From a virus (lineage: Duplodnaviria; Caudoviricetes), in the IMG/VR virus record IMGVR_UViG_3300021197_001711, positions 1 through 52,152 of that record: DNA of 52,152 nt, one strand, 5' to 3'. The notes under the pieces were generated by a model, which was given only the letters and a program-made list of their open reading frames with translations, was not told the DNA's origin and did not search any database. The translations under genes and the position numbers were made by a program. Positions 1 to 9,066 of the stretch are shown piece by piece (positions within the stretch are counted from its first letter, which is position 1; each line of letters begins with the position of its first letter).

Positions 1-564
1 AGCGCAGAAACGAATCACATTAGCCTTGCATATGATTCATCAGTTAATAAAGTCGTAATTGTTTACTCGGATGCTGGGAACTCTGATTATATTACATCAG
101 TTGTAGCAACTGTAAGTGGAACGAGTATCAGCTTCGGAACTCCAGCAGTAGTATCCAGCAATGTCGTCACTAACCCTATAGGCGTTGCATACAATTCCAG
201 TAGTAATAAGACTTTCGTTACATATCAAGATGGTAGCAATAGTAACTATGGAGCCTATGCACTAGGTACTGTAAGTGGCACTTCAATATCTTTTACAACT
301 TCCGCATATTGGGCCGAAGTAAACGCCACCAAAGATCAATCTGCGGTTTATGACCCAGACCAACAAAAGGTTGTAATTGCTTTTAGAGACGGTGGTAACA
401 GCAACTACGGCACAGGCATCGTAAGCACGTTATCTAGTGCAAACCCTTCATTGACCGTAGGCTCAACCTACTACGTCCAGGATGACGGAACATTATCAAC
501 AACATCCTCGTCAGTAACTGCTGGTAAGGCATTGTCAGCTACAACAATGCTGTTGAAAGGCTAA
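1..564 (+). CDS. 5'-truncated virion fibre/appendage protein with ~53-aa beta-propeller-like repeats
   Basis: Frame 1 is open from base 1 to TAA at 562-564 (not in ORF track). Repeats YDSSVNKVVIVYSD / YNSSSNKTFVTYQD / YDPDQQKVVIAFRD start at 31, 190 and 349. Confidence 0.7.
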   Translation, partial: SAETNHISLAYDSSVNKVVIVYSDAGNSDYITSVVATVSGTSISFGTPAVVSSNVVTNPIGVAYNSSSNKTFVTYQDGSNSNYGAYALGTVSGTSISFTTSAYWAEVNATKDQSAVYDPDQQKVVIAFRDGGNSNYGTGIVSTLSSANPSLTVGSTYYVQDDGTLSTTSSSVTAGKALSATTMLLKG

Positions 565-589
565 TATAAATAGACTATAATTATAAATA
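565..589 (+). promoter_or_regulatory. Two T4-type late promoters
   Basis: TATAAATA at 565-572 and 582-589, upstream of ORF 648; gp55 is encoded in the window. Confidence 0.7.
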
Positions 590-647
590 CAAACAATAAT
601 AATTGTTTCAACCACAAACTAAAACCTTATAATAAAGGACCGATTAA

Positions 648-908
648 ATGAAGACAATCGTAGATAACGCAACAAATACTTCACGGTATCTTTTTGCTGA
701 CGACAAAGCCGTAACTATGGGTGCTGACACTATTACTGTTGGCGATCCAGCTGAGTTCATCATTGGTGATCTTAACTCTAGCAATGCTACCCTAATCGAA
801 GGTGTTGTTGAGCCTGCCGATTGGTATGGCTGCAAGTACACTCACGATGGTACTGCATGGGCAGAAGTAGAAGGCTGGGTTGATCCACGTCTCGATGACG
901 AAGAATAA
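648..908 (+). CDS. Small acidic protein, probable fibre-associated/assembly protein
   Basis: SD AAAGGA, follows a fibre gene, followed by a terminator; function inferred from position. Confidence 0.6.
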   Translation: MKTIVDNATNTSRYLFADDKAVTMGADTITVGDPAEFIIGDLNSSNATLIEGVVEPADWYGCKYTHDGTAWAEVEGWVDPRLDDEE

Positions 909-933
909 GATCTAACTCGCTAGAAAGTTAACA

Positions 934-972
934 GAACTCCTGTATCGCTTGACGGTGCAGGAGTTTTTGTTT
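934..972 (+). terminator. Rho-independent terminator
   Basis: GAACTCCTGTATCG-cttga-CGGTGCAGGAGTTT stem followed by a T-rich tract. Confidence 0.8.
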
Positions 973-1004
973 ATGCGTCATCCCTACCCTGTACATTCCT
1001 CTCT

Positions 1005-1012
1005 TATAAATA
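1005..1012 (+). promoter_or_regulatory. T4-type late promoter for gp13 operon
   Basis: TATAAATA 22 nt before the gp13 ATG. Confidence 0.8.
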
Positions 1013-1034
1013 GTAAGATACACGAGGAATAATC

Positions 1035-1778
1035 ATGGCCAAACCAGCAACAAGAGATCAACTAAAAGAATGGTGTTTACGCAATCTCGGTAAGCCTGTG
1101 GTTGATATTAATGTCGATGATGAGCAGCTCGAAGACCGAATTGACGAGGCTATTGCTTACTATCGCGACTATCATTTCGATGGTACTGAGCATGTTTATT
1201 ACAGACACCAAGTTACTGCTGAAGATCAAACCAACGGCTACATCACAGTACCTGAAGTTATAATAGGTGTAACAGGTTGCTTCACAGTTGGTAGCACGTA
1301 CTCAGTAAACAATCTATTCAACGTACGATATCAAATACATCTTAACGATCTGTACAATATGTTGCAATCTTCTATTGTACCATACTCTATGGCTATGACA
1401 CATGTTAATATGTTAGAAGAGATGTTCGTTGGTAAGCAGCCTATTAGATACAATCGTCATAATGACCGTGTCTATATTGATACTAGTTGGAAAGATAAAA
1501 TATCTATCGATAGCTACGTTATATTAGATGCGTACCAGGTTATCGATCCTGATCTCAATACAGATATGTATAGTGATAGATGGCTTCTCCGCTATACAAC
1601 ACAACTCTTCAAACGTCAGTGGGGTGAAAACCTGAAAAAATTCGAAGGTATGCAAATGCCTGGGGGCCTAACATTCAATGGCCAGAAGATATGGGAAGAA
1701 TCACAGGAAGCTATCCTCAAGCTAGAAGATGAGATGATTTCTAGCTACTCACTTCCAGTTCATGACATGATAGGTTAG
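1035..1778 (+). CDS. gp13: Neck protein gp13
   Basis: N-terminal LKEWCLRNLGKPVVDINVDDEQ, C-terminal KRQWGENLKKF..MPGG; T4 gene order. Confidence 0.92.
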   Translation: MAKPATRDQLKEWCLRNLGKPVVDINVDDEQLEDRIDEAIAYYRDYHFDGTEHVYYRHQVTAEDQTNGYITVPEVIIGVTGCFTVGSTYSVNNLFNVRYQIHLNDLYNMLQSSIVPYSMAMTHVNMLEEMFVGKQPIRYNRHNDRVYIDTSWKDKISIDSYVILDAYQVIDPDLNTDMYSDRWLLRYTTQLFKRQWGENLKKFEGMQMPGGLTFNGQKIWEESQEAILKLEDEMISSYSLPVHDMIG

Positions 1779-1780
1779 CA

Positions 1781-2632
1781 ATGGCTACCAACAAATACTT
1801 CAATAACTTTGCATATGGTAGAGAGCAAGACCTTGTTGAAGATCTTACAATCGAAGCGATAAAGATCTACGGACACAACGTCAAGTACATGCCTCGTACC
1901 ACGGTTAACCTCGATCATCTATTTGGTGAGGATACCTTAAGCAAGTTTGATGAAGCTATTGATGTTGAAATGTATATCAAGAACGTCGAAGGGTTTGAAG
2001 GTGAAGGCGATCTTCTCTCTCGCTTTGGTTTAGAGATAAGAGACCAAATAACCTTTACAGTAGCGAGAAAGCGTTTTGATCAAGCGATCACGTCTCCTAA
2101 AATAATTACAGAAGTAGGTTATAACCTTATATTCGAGGATGGTAGTACTAAAGATCCATCCCGTCAATACCTAACAGGATCTGCAGATACAGATTCGTTT
2201 ATGCTAGAAGGTAACGACTACCTCAATACCATAAACAGACCACAGGAAGGCGATCTCATCTACTTTCCAATGGTCGGTAAGATATTTGAAATCAAGTTTG
2301 TCGAACACGAGCAGATATTCTATCAAACAGGACGTCTACAGACTTACGATGTTAGATGTGAGTTGTTCGAATACAGCTCAGAGCGAATCGATACTGGTAA
2401 CACAGAGATTGATCTTATTGAAGATACTTACAGTCTTGATACACTTGTACATCAGGTTACGTTGGAAGATGGTACAGGAGTTGCTCAGCTTGAAGATGGT
2501 GGTACGTTGTTGCAAGAATATACAATCGAGAGTACAGATGCATCTGCAAACAACGAGTTCTTCCAATCCAACGCAGACAATATATTAGACTTCAGTGAAA
2601 TGAATCCCTTTGGGGATATAGACAGGTATTAA
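1781..2632 (+). CDS. gp14: Neck/head completion protein gp14
   Basis: EQDLVEDLTIEAIKIYG, RPQEGDLIYFP, DFSEMNPFG motifs; synteny. Confidence 0.92.
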   Translation: MATNKYFNNFAYGREQDLVEDLTIEAIKIYGHNVKYMPRTTVNLDHLFGEDTLSKFDEAIDVEMYIKNVEGFEGEGDLLSRFGLEIRDQITFTVARKRFDQAITSPKIITEVGYNLIFEDGSTKDPSRQYLTGSADTDSFMLEGNDYLNTINRPQEGDLIYFPMVGKIFEIKFVEHEQIFYQTGRLQTYDVRCELFEYSSERIDTGNTEIDLIEDTYSLDTLVHQVTLEDGTGVAQLEDGGTLLQEYTIESTDASANNEFFQSNADNILDFSEMNPFGDIDRY

Positions 2633-2633
2633 G

Positions 2634-3434
2634 ATGTTTGGAAAGTCGTTCTATCATGGCACGTTAAGAAAATATGTTATCGTTTTTGGTAATATGTTTA
2701 ACGGCATCTATGTGCAACGATTCAATCAAAACAACGAAAGAATTCAGACTCTAAAAGTACCAATTGCTTATGGTCCCAAAGAAAAGTTTCTTGTAAGGTT
2801 AGCTCAGGATTCTAATCTGGATCAAGACGTAGCTATCTCGTTGCCAAGAATCGGTTTCGAAATGATAGGTGTCAATTATGCAGCTAATAGAAAGCTGCCG
2901 TCGACACAAAAGAACGTAAAGTTAAGTAGTACTGACAACACCAACTACACTACTCAATTCAGACCTGTGCCTTACGATATTCAGTTTCAAATGAGCTTCT
3001 TTGTTAAGAACGCTGACGATGGTACTCAAATACTTGAACAGGTACTACCATACTTTCAACCAGAATGGACCAACAACATTAAGCTGCTTCCCGAGATGGA
3101 TCTCACCTATGATGTACCGTGCGTTCTCAACGATGTGTCTGTAGAGGACACTTATGAGGGTAGCTTTGATACGAGACGAGCGTTGATATGGAATCTCAAC
3201 TTTACCATGAAAGGATACATCTTTGGTCCTGTATCAACAACTGGTCTCATTAAAAGAACAATACTTAACTTTGCTGATGATATGCCAAGGGCTGATGCTC
3301 AGGAAAGAGTAACTATTACACCAGGCCTGACAGCTGACGGTAAACCAACGTCCAACACAGCACTGTCTGTCAACATTAATGATATTGATGCAGAAGATGA
3401 TTACGGTTTTGCAAAAACTATAACCGAGCTATAA
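2634..3434 (+). CDS. gp15: Tail sheath stabiliser/terminator gp15
   Basis: FYHGTLRKYVIVFGNMFN, KVPIAYGPKEKF, QILEQVLPYFQP; synteny. Confidence 0.92.
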   Translation: MFGKSFYHGTLRKYVIVFGNMFNGIYVQRFNQNNERIQTLKVPIAYGPKEKFLVRLAQDSNLDQDVAISLPRIGFEMIGVNYAANRKLPSTQKNVKLSSTDNTNYTTQFRPVPYDIQFQMSFFVKNADDGTQILEQVLPYFQPEWTNNIKLLPEMDLTYDVPCVLNDVSVEDTYEGSFDTRRALIWNLNFTMKGYIFGPVSTTGLIKRTILNFADDMPRADAQERVTITPGLTADGKPTSNTALSVNINDIDAEDDYGFAKTITEL

Positions 3435-3435
3435 C

Positions 3436-3861
3436 ATGAGTAAATCAATAATGGAAAAGAACTTCGAAGAGATCTTTGATCTTCCAGTAGAAGAAAAAAA
3501 GTCTGAAGTAGAGGTGATTGAAGCCTCTAAGCCAGTCTCTACGGAAGATACTAATGACGTCGACGCTGACTATCAGTACGCTCGAGAAAACCTATATAAC
3601 GTAATAGATAAGGGATCAGATGCCCTATCAACACTCGTCGAGTTAGCAAATCAAAGTGAGTCACCTAGAGCTTTCGAAATAGTAGGACAACTAATTAAAA
3701 CTCTATCAGATTCAAATAAAGACCTGTTGGAGTTGCAGAGTAAAGTAAAGAAGATAAAAGACGAGGAACCGAAAGGTCCCAATAGTGTTACAAATGCGCT
3801 GTTTATCGGGAATACTGCCGAGTTACAGAAAATGATTAAGGATCGTAAGAAAGATGTATGA
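3436..3861 (+). CDS. gp16: Terminase small subunit gp16
   Basis: DYQYARENL, ESPRAFEIVGQLIK, NALFIGNTAELQKM; synteny. Confidence 0.9.
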   Translation: MSKSIMEKNFEEIFDLPVEEKKSEVEVIEASKPVSTEDTNDVDADYQYARENLYNVIDKGSDALSTLVELANQSESPRAFEIVGQLIKTLSDSNKDLLELQSKVKKIKDEEPKGPNSVTNALFIGNTAELQKMIKDRKKDV

Positions 3862-4297
3862 ATATAATGTGAAGGTTTGTAAAGTGATTGATGGTGATAC
3901 AGCTGACGTCGATATAGATCTCGGTTTTGGTATATGGCTTAGAAAAGAACGTGTTCGGATTATGGGTATTGATACACCTGAAAGTCGAACCAGGGATAAG
4001 GTTGAAAAAAAGTTCGGGCTTGCAGCTAAAAAAAGATTAAAAGAACTGCTCGGATCCAAATCAGTACTGAAAACGCAGATTGATAGATCTGGTGAAGATG
4101 CGAGAGGAAAGTTTGGCCGCATATTAGGAGACTTCTTAGTATACGATAGTATGAACGATATGTGGAGACCGGTGACGCAGGTATTGATAAATGAAGGTCA
4201 CGCCGTTCTGTATAACGGGCAGAGCAAAGATGATATTCGAGACGAGCATTTAGCTAATAGAGAAAGATTGATTGCTGAAGGAGTAGTAACGCTTTAG
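3854..4297 (+). CDS. Thermonuclease (SNase-like) protein
   Basis: KVIDGDT, RVRIMGIDTPE, GKFGRILG are staphylococcal-nuclease-family motifs. Confidence 0.8.
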   Translation: MYEYNVKVCKVIDGDTADVDIDLGFGIWLRKERVRIMGIDTPESRTRDKVEKKFGLAAKKRLKELLGSKSVLKTQIDRSGEDARGKFGRILGDFLVYDSMNDMWRPVTQVLINEGHAVLYNGQSKDDIRDEHLANRERLIAEGVVTL

Positions 4298-4323
4298 ATA
4301 TACCCTTTATGGGCTACACCATG

Positions 4324-4352
4324 ATTATAATAGTGAAACTGGAAGAGGTCAA
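4324..4352 (-). promoter_or_regulatory. Antisense sigma70-type promoter
   Basis: Minus strand reads TTGACC (4352-4347), 17 nt, TATAAT (4329-4324). Confidence 0.65.
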
Positions 4353-4357
4353 CAGAT

Positions 4358-5995
4358 ATGCCGAAAATATACCTAGGTAATCAAAACCTAAAAGCAGCCG
4401 GCGTCCAGGTTGAGTTCACCCAAGAGCAAGTACAAGAGTATATAAAGGTAGCGACAAACAGTCAGTACTTCATTAAAAACTATACTAAGATTGTAAGTGT
4501 TGATGAAGGTCTTATACCATTTGCTACTTGGGAATTCCAGGACAAGATGCTGGAGACCTTTGAAGACAATCGTTTCTCAATATGTAAGCTCCCAAGACAG
4601 GTAGGCAAAACAACAACGGTTGGTGCTTATCTACTTTGGAAGATATTGTTTACCGAAGACTACAATATAGCAATCCTTGCTAACAAAAGATCCCAAGCGA
4701 TTGAAATACTAGGTAGAATACAGTTAATGTACGAACACCTGCCTGATTGGATGCAGCAAGGTGTGTTAGAATGGAACAAAGCAAGTCTAAGACTTGAAAA
4801 CGGTTCTGAAATAATAGCATCCTCCACATCGTCTAGCGCGATTCGTGGTACGTCTCAGAACTTGATATACCTTGATGAGTTTGCGTTCGTACCAAATAAT
4901 ATACAAGAAGAGTTTTTCACATCAGTATTTCCTACCATTTCATCTGGTAAAACTTCAAAGGTAATTATTACATCTACACCGAACGGTATGAATCTATTCT
5001 ATAAGATATGGGTAGAAAGTGAGGAAGAACGTAACGATTACGAAAGAGTGGAAATACACTGGTCGGATGTACCAGGGAGAGACGAAGAGTGGCGTGAAGA
5101 GATTATACGCAACACGTCTGAAGAACAGTTTCGTCAAGAATTTGAATGTGAGTTCTTAGGTAGTACGAATACTCTAATTCATCCGACCAAGCTAAAAGCG
5201 CTTACATTTAGATCGCCTTTATATACGAAGAATAATTTTATTTGTTATGAAGAGTCGCAACGAGATCGCACATACGTAATTGTTGCTGACACATCAAGAG
5301 GGCTTGGCCAAGATTATTCTGCATTCGTAGTTTTTGATATTACAGAGTATCCATATAAAGGTGTCGGTCTGTATCGGAGCAAGGAAATATCTCCGATGCT
5401 GTATCCAAATGTTATATATGACGCAGCAAAGCAGTATAACGATGCGTTCGTATTGATAGAAATAAACGATATAGGTGAGCAGGTATCAAACATATTATTT
5501 CATGACTTTGAATACGAGAATATATTTAGAGCATCGCTTAACAGTGGATCCCAATACGTATCGTCAGGGTTTGGCGGTGGTAGATCTCAGTTAGGTGTAA
5601 GAACAACTAAGTCAGTCAAGCGTCTTGGATGTTCAACTCTAAAAGATATGATTGAGCAAGACAAGCTCATATTTGAAGATTATGACTATATTACCGAGCT
5701 TTGTAACTTTGTACAAATAAAAGAAAGTTACCAAGCTGAAGAAGGCTTTCATGATGATATTGTAATGTGTACGGTGTTGTTTTCATGGCTTGTCAGACAA
5801 GACTATTTTAAAGAACTGACTGACAGCGATCTCAGAAAGAGATTATACGAAGATAACCAGAAAATGATTGAAGACGAGATGTTACCATTTGGCTTTTTTG
5901 ATGATGGTCGTGAAGACGACAGTATAATAAGCATCGATACTGATAGATTGGGGTGGTCTCTACCGCCTTCTGAGATGATAGATGATAAATGGTAA
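4358..5995 (+). CDS. gp17: Terminase large subunit gp17
   Basis: Walker A PRQVGKTT, Walker B IYLDEFAF, ITSTPNG, nuclease ADTSRG and HDDIVM. Confidence 0.97.
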   Translation: MPKIYLGNQNLKAAGVQVEFTQEQVQEYIKVATNSQYFIKNYTKIVSVDEGLIPFATWEFQDKMLETFEDNRFSICKLPRQVGKTTTVGAYLLWKILFTEDYNIAILANKRSQAIEILGRIQLMYEHLPDWMQQGVLEWNKASLRLENGSEIIASSTSSSAIRGTSQNLIYLDEFAFVPNNIQEEFFTSVFPTISSGKTSKVIITSTPNGMNLFYKIWVESEEERNDYERVEIHWSDVPGRDEEWREEIIRNTSEEQFRQEFECEFLGSTNTLIHPTKLKALTFRSPLYTKNNFICYEESQRDRTYVIVADTSRGLGQDYSAFVVFDITEYPYKGVGLYRSKEISPMLYPNVIYDAAKQYNDAFVLIEINDIGEQVSNILFHDFEYENIFRASLNSGSQYVSSGFGGGRSQLGVRTTKSVKRLGCSTLKDMIEQDKLIFEDYDYITELCNFVQIKESYQAEEGFHDDIVMCTVLFSWLVRQDYFKELTDSDLRKRLYEDNQKMIEDEMLPFGFFDDGREDDSIISIDTDRLGWSLPPSEMIDDKW

Positions 5996-6006
5996 ATCAT
6001 TGGAAT

Positions 6007-6014
6007 TATAAATA
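6007..6014 (+). promoter_or_regulatory. T4-type late promoter for gp18
   Basis: TATAAATA, then SD AAGGAGA. Confidence 0.8.
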
Positions 6015-6051
6015 AAAAAGAATCAAACACCTTACATAAGGAGATAACACA

Positions 6052-7971
6052 ATGCCATTTCAAGTATCGCCCGGCGTAAACGTCAGTGAAGTTGATTTGA
6101 CTACTGTAGTACCTTCCGTCTCAACTACAGAAGGCGGTGTTGCAGGTCATTTTCGTTGGGGTCCTGTTGAGCAGAGAGTATTAGTTACTTCTGAAGATCA
6201 ACTAGTATCACAATTCAACAAGCCAAACACAGACACATATGAAACATTTTTTACTGCAGCTAACTTTCTTAGCTACGGTAATGCGCTTTATGTTGTGAGA
6301 ACAAATTCAACTGGCCTCAAGAACGCAACCGGCAACGCTGGTAATTCAGCTATAACACTAATTAAGAATTCCGACGACTATGTAAACAGCTACAACAGTG
6401 GCATTAGCAACGTAGGCGACTGGGTTGCAAAATATCCTGGTGCATTGGGTAACTCTCTAAAAGTATCAGTATGTCCTAGCTCTGATGCATTCAAGAATAC
6501 ACTAGGTGGCACATATACAATTACAGCCAACTCCACAGCATTAGTAACATCTGCTAACGTAGCTGGTGACTTGGTTGCTGGGGATATTTTGGAACTGGGT
6601 CCAACACTCGGTGCAAAGCAAGATATTAAAGTATCGTCTGTTGCTGCTAACGGCACAAGCGTTATACTTGCTACAGCATATACGGGTGTTGCAGTAACCG
6701 CCAACACAAGTCTTAAGCGCCGTTGGGAATACTCAAGCAACACTAGCCGAGCTCCTGGCACTACTCAGCACGCTACAAACACAGGTAGCACCAACGATGC
6801 AATGCACATTGCTGTTGTTGATGAAGATGGATTGTGGTCAGGTATCAAAGGAACTGTTCTAGAAGTATTTGAAAATGTTTCAAAAGCATCTGATGCCAAA
6901 GATACAACTGGCGCAACAAACTACTATAAAGACGTAGTAAATAACAGATCCAAGTACGTTTGGTGGGCTGCCCATAATGGTAGCAACACTAATGCTGGTT
7001 CTGCTTCCAATAGTGTAGCATACGGTACTCCATCTGTTGTTCAAACAGTATCCATGGTTAATGGAGCAGACGGTTCTGCAGCTACTGCTGGGGAAGTAAA
7101 TACAGCACTTGATAAGTTCAAGAACAGCGAAGATGTTGATCTGTCCTTCATCATGGTAGCAGGTCAAGGCCAAACAGTTGCAACTCATGCAATTAATAGC
7201 ATTGCAGAAGTTCGTAAAGACTGTTTAGTATGCCTATCACCTCCAAGCAGCACTGTAGTAAACAATGCATCATACGAAGGTAAAGAAGTAGCGGATGTTG
7301 TATCGTACCGAGATAGTTTGCCTTCTAGCACATACGCTGTAATGGACAGTGGTTGGAAATACCAATACGACAAGTACAATGACGTTTATAGGTGGATTCC
7401 TTGTAACGGCGACACAGCTGGACTGATGGTTCGAACTGATACAGTCAGAGATCCTTGGTTCTCACCAGCTGGTTTTAACCGTGGAAACATCAAGAATGTT
7501 GTTAAGATGGCTTGGAACCCAAGAAAGGCTGATCGCGATACTCTGTACAAGAGCAGCGTTAACCCAGTGGTTACATTCCCTGGACAAGGTACTGTGTTGT
7601 ACGGTGATAAGACTCTTGTTGATCAACCAGGTGCATTCGATAGAATCAATGTCCGAAGGTTGTTCATCGTATTAGAGAAGGCTATCTCAACTGCAGCTAA
7701 CTCAACGTTGTTTGAATTCAACGATGAGTTCACAAGAGCCCAGTTTAGAAATCTTGTAGAGCCATTCCTGCGTGACGTTAAAGGTCGACGCGGTGTCACA
7801 GACTTCCGAGTTGTATGTGACGAAACGAACAACACCGGTGGCGTAATTGATCGTAACGAATTCGTAGGTGACATTTACATTAAACCGAATCGTTCAATCA
7901 ACTACATTCAGCTCAACTTTGTTGCAGTTAGGACTGGTGTTGAATTCTCCGAAATTGTTGGCCAAGGCTAA
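6052..7971 (+). CDS. gp18: Tail sheath protein gp18
   Basis: SPGVNVSEVDLT, PWFSPAGFNRG, FDRINVRRLF, FEFNDEFTR. Confidence 0.97.
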   Translation: MPFQVSPGVNVSEVDLTTVVPSVSTTEGGVAGHFRWGPVEQRVLVTSEDQLVSQFNKPNTDTYETFFTAANFLSYGNALYVVRTNSTGLKNATGNAGNSAITLIKNSDDYVNSYNSGISNVGDWVAKYPGALGNSLKVSVCPSSDAFKNTLGGTYTITANSTALVTSANVAGDLVAGDILELGPTLGAKQDIKVSSVAANGTSVILATAYTGVAVTANTSLKRRWEYSSNTSRAPGTTQHATNTGSTNDAMHIAVVDEDGLWSGIKGTVLEVFENVSKASDAKDTTGATNYYKDVVNNRSKYVWWAAHNGSNTNAGSASNSVAYGTPSVVQTVSMVNGADGSAATAGEVNTALDKFKNSEDVDLSFIMVAGQGQTVATHAINSIAEVRKDCLVCLSPPSSTVVNNASYEGKEVADVVSYRDSLPSSTYAVMDSGWKYQYDKYNDVYRWIPCNGDTAGLMVRTDTVRDPWFSPAGFNRGNIKNVVKMAWNPRKADRDTLYKSSVNPVVTFPGQGTVLYGDKTLVDQPGAFDRINVRRLFIVLEKAISTAANSTLFEFNDEFTRAQFRNLVEPFLRDVKGRRGVTDFRVVCDETNNTGGVIDRNEFVGDIYIKPNRSINYIQLNFVAVRTGVEFSEIVGQG

Positions 7972-7988
7972 ACGGTTAACCATAAACA

Positions 7989-7996
7989 TATAAATA
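7989..7996 (+). promoter_or_regulatory. T4-type late promoter for gp19
   Basis: TATAAATA, then SD AAGGAGA. Confidence 0.8.
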
Positions 7997-8020
7997 GAAA
8001 TATATCTTAAGGAGAATAAC

Positions 8021-8566
8021 ATGGCTTTTAACGTAAGCGACTTTAGAGGTCAACTGGAATTTGGAGGGGCTCGTCCCTCCTTATTCGAGGTTCAGATCTT
8101 TAATCCAATTAATGCGACTGGAGATTTGAAGACGCCTTTCATGGTCAGAGCAGCTCAGCTTCCAGGAGCTACTGTAGGAACTATTCCTGTATCGTACTTC
8201 GGACGTCAAGTAAAAGTAGCTGGCAACAGAACTTTTGACGCTTGGACAACTACCATCATTAACGATGAAGATTTTATCATCCGAAATGCTATGGAAGAAT
8301 GGAATAACCAACTCAGCACTTTCGAAGGTAATGTACGAGCTACAGGTACTAGCCCATCTTCATACAAGTCTACTGCTATTGTTAAGCAGTTTGCAAAAGA
8401 TGGTTCGGTTCTACGAACTTACGAGTTCGACGGAATCTGGTGTTCTGACCTTGCTCCTATCGATCTTTCATGGGATGCTGAAGGTATACAAGAATATGCT
8501 GTTACATTCCAGTACGACTACTGGCGTGTACAAGGTGGTACCACTGGCGATGCCGGTGGCGTTTAA
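8021..8566 (+). CDS. gp19: Tail tube protein gp19
   Basis: GGARPSLFEV, GRQVKVAGNRTF, INDEDF, FQYDYW. Confidence 0.95.
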   Translation: MAFNVSDFRGQLEFGGARPSLFEVQIFNPINATGDLKTPFMVRAAQLPGATVGTIPVSYFGRQVKVAGNRTFDAWTTTIINDEDFIIRNAMEEWNNQLSTFEGNVRATGTSPSSYKSTAIVKQFAKDGSVLRTYEFDGIWCSDLAPIDLSWDAEGIQEYAVTFQYDYWRVQGGTTGDAGGV

Positions 8567-8586
8567 TTAATACTTGGAGACGCTAG

Positions 8587-8994
8587 ATGGCTAATGTATT
8601 ATATCCAAAAGCAAAGGAAGATTTCCTTGCTGGCAATTTGAATCTGTCGAGCAACACAGTTACTATTGCACTGGTGGATACGGGTGTCTATACCTTTAGC
8701 AGTGCGCATGAGGATAGAGCAGATATACCCAACAGTGCGGTAGTAGCGACAGCCAATCTCGCAAGCAAAACAATAACTAGTGGTGTATTTGATGCTGACG
8801 ATGCAAGTTTTACGTCAGTGTCTGGTGCTAACTGTGAAGCGTTGATCATCTACCACACAGATGTACAAGGTGGTAATACGACCTCAAGACTGATTGCATA
8901 TGTTGATTCTGCATCCGGTCTACCTATCCTTCCTAACGGCGGTGACATTACAGTTCGTTTCTCTGCTGGCGCTAATAAAATATTCGCACTATAA
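8587..8994 (+). CDS. Hypothetical virion structural protein
   Basis: SD GGAG; co-transcribed with gp19; beta-rich; resembles small phage tail-associated proteins (recall only). Confidence 0.65.
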   Translation: MANVLYPKAKEDFLAGNLNLSSNTVTIALVDTGVYTFSSAHEDRADIPNSAVVATANLASKTITSGVFDADDASFTSVSGANCEALIIYHTDVQGGNTTSRLIAYVDSASGLPILPNGGDITVRFSAGANKIFAL

Positions 8995-9014
8995 TTTAAA
9001 CGACTGTATGTGAT

Positions 9015-9051
9015 AGGGGGGCGCTTCATACTGCAGTGCCCCCTTCGCTTT
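9015..9051 (+). terminator. Terminator-like hairpin
   Basis: AGGGGGGCGCT...AGTGCCCCCTT stem with an interrupted T tract. Confidence 0.55.
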
Positions 9052-9066
9052 GTATCGAGGTAAAAA

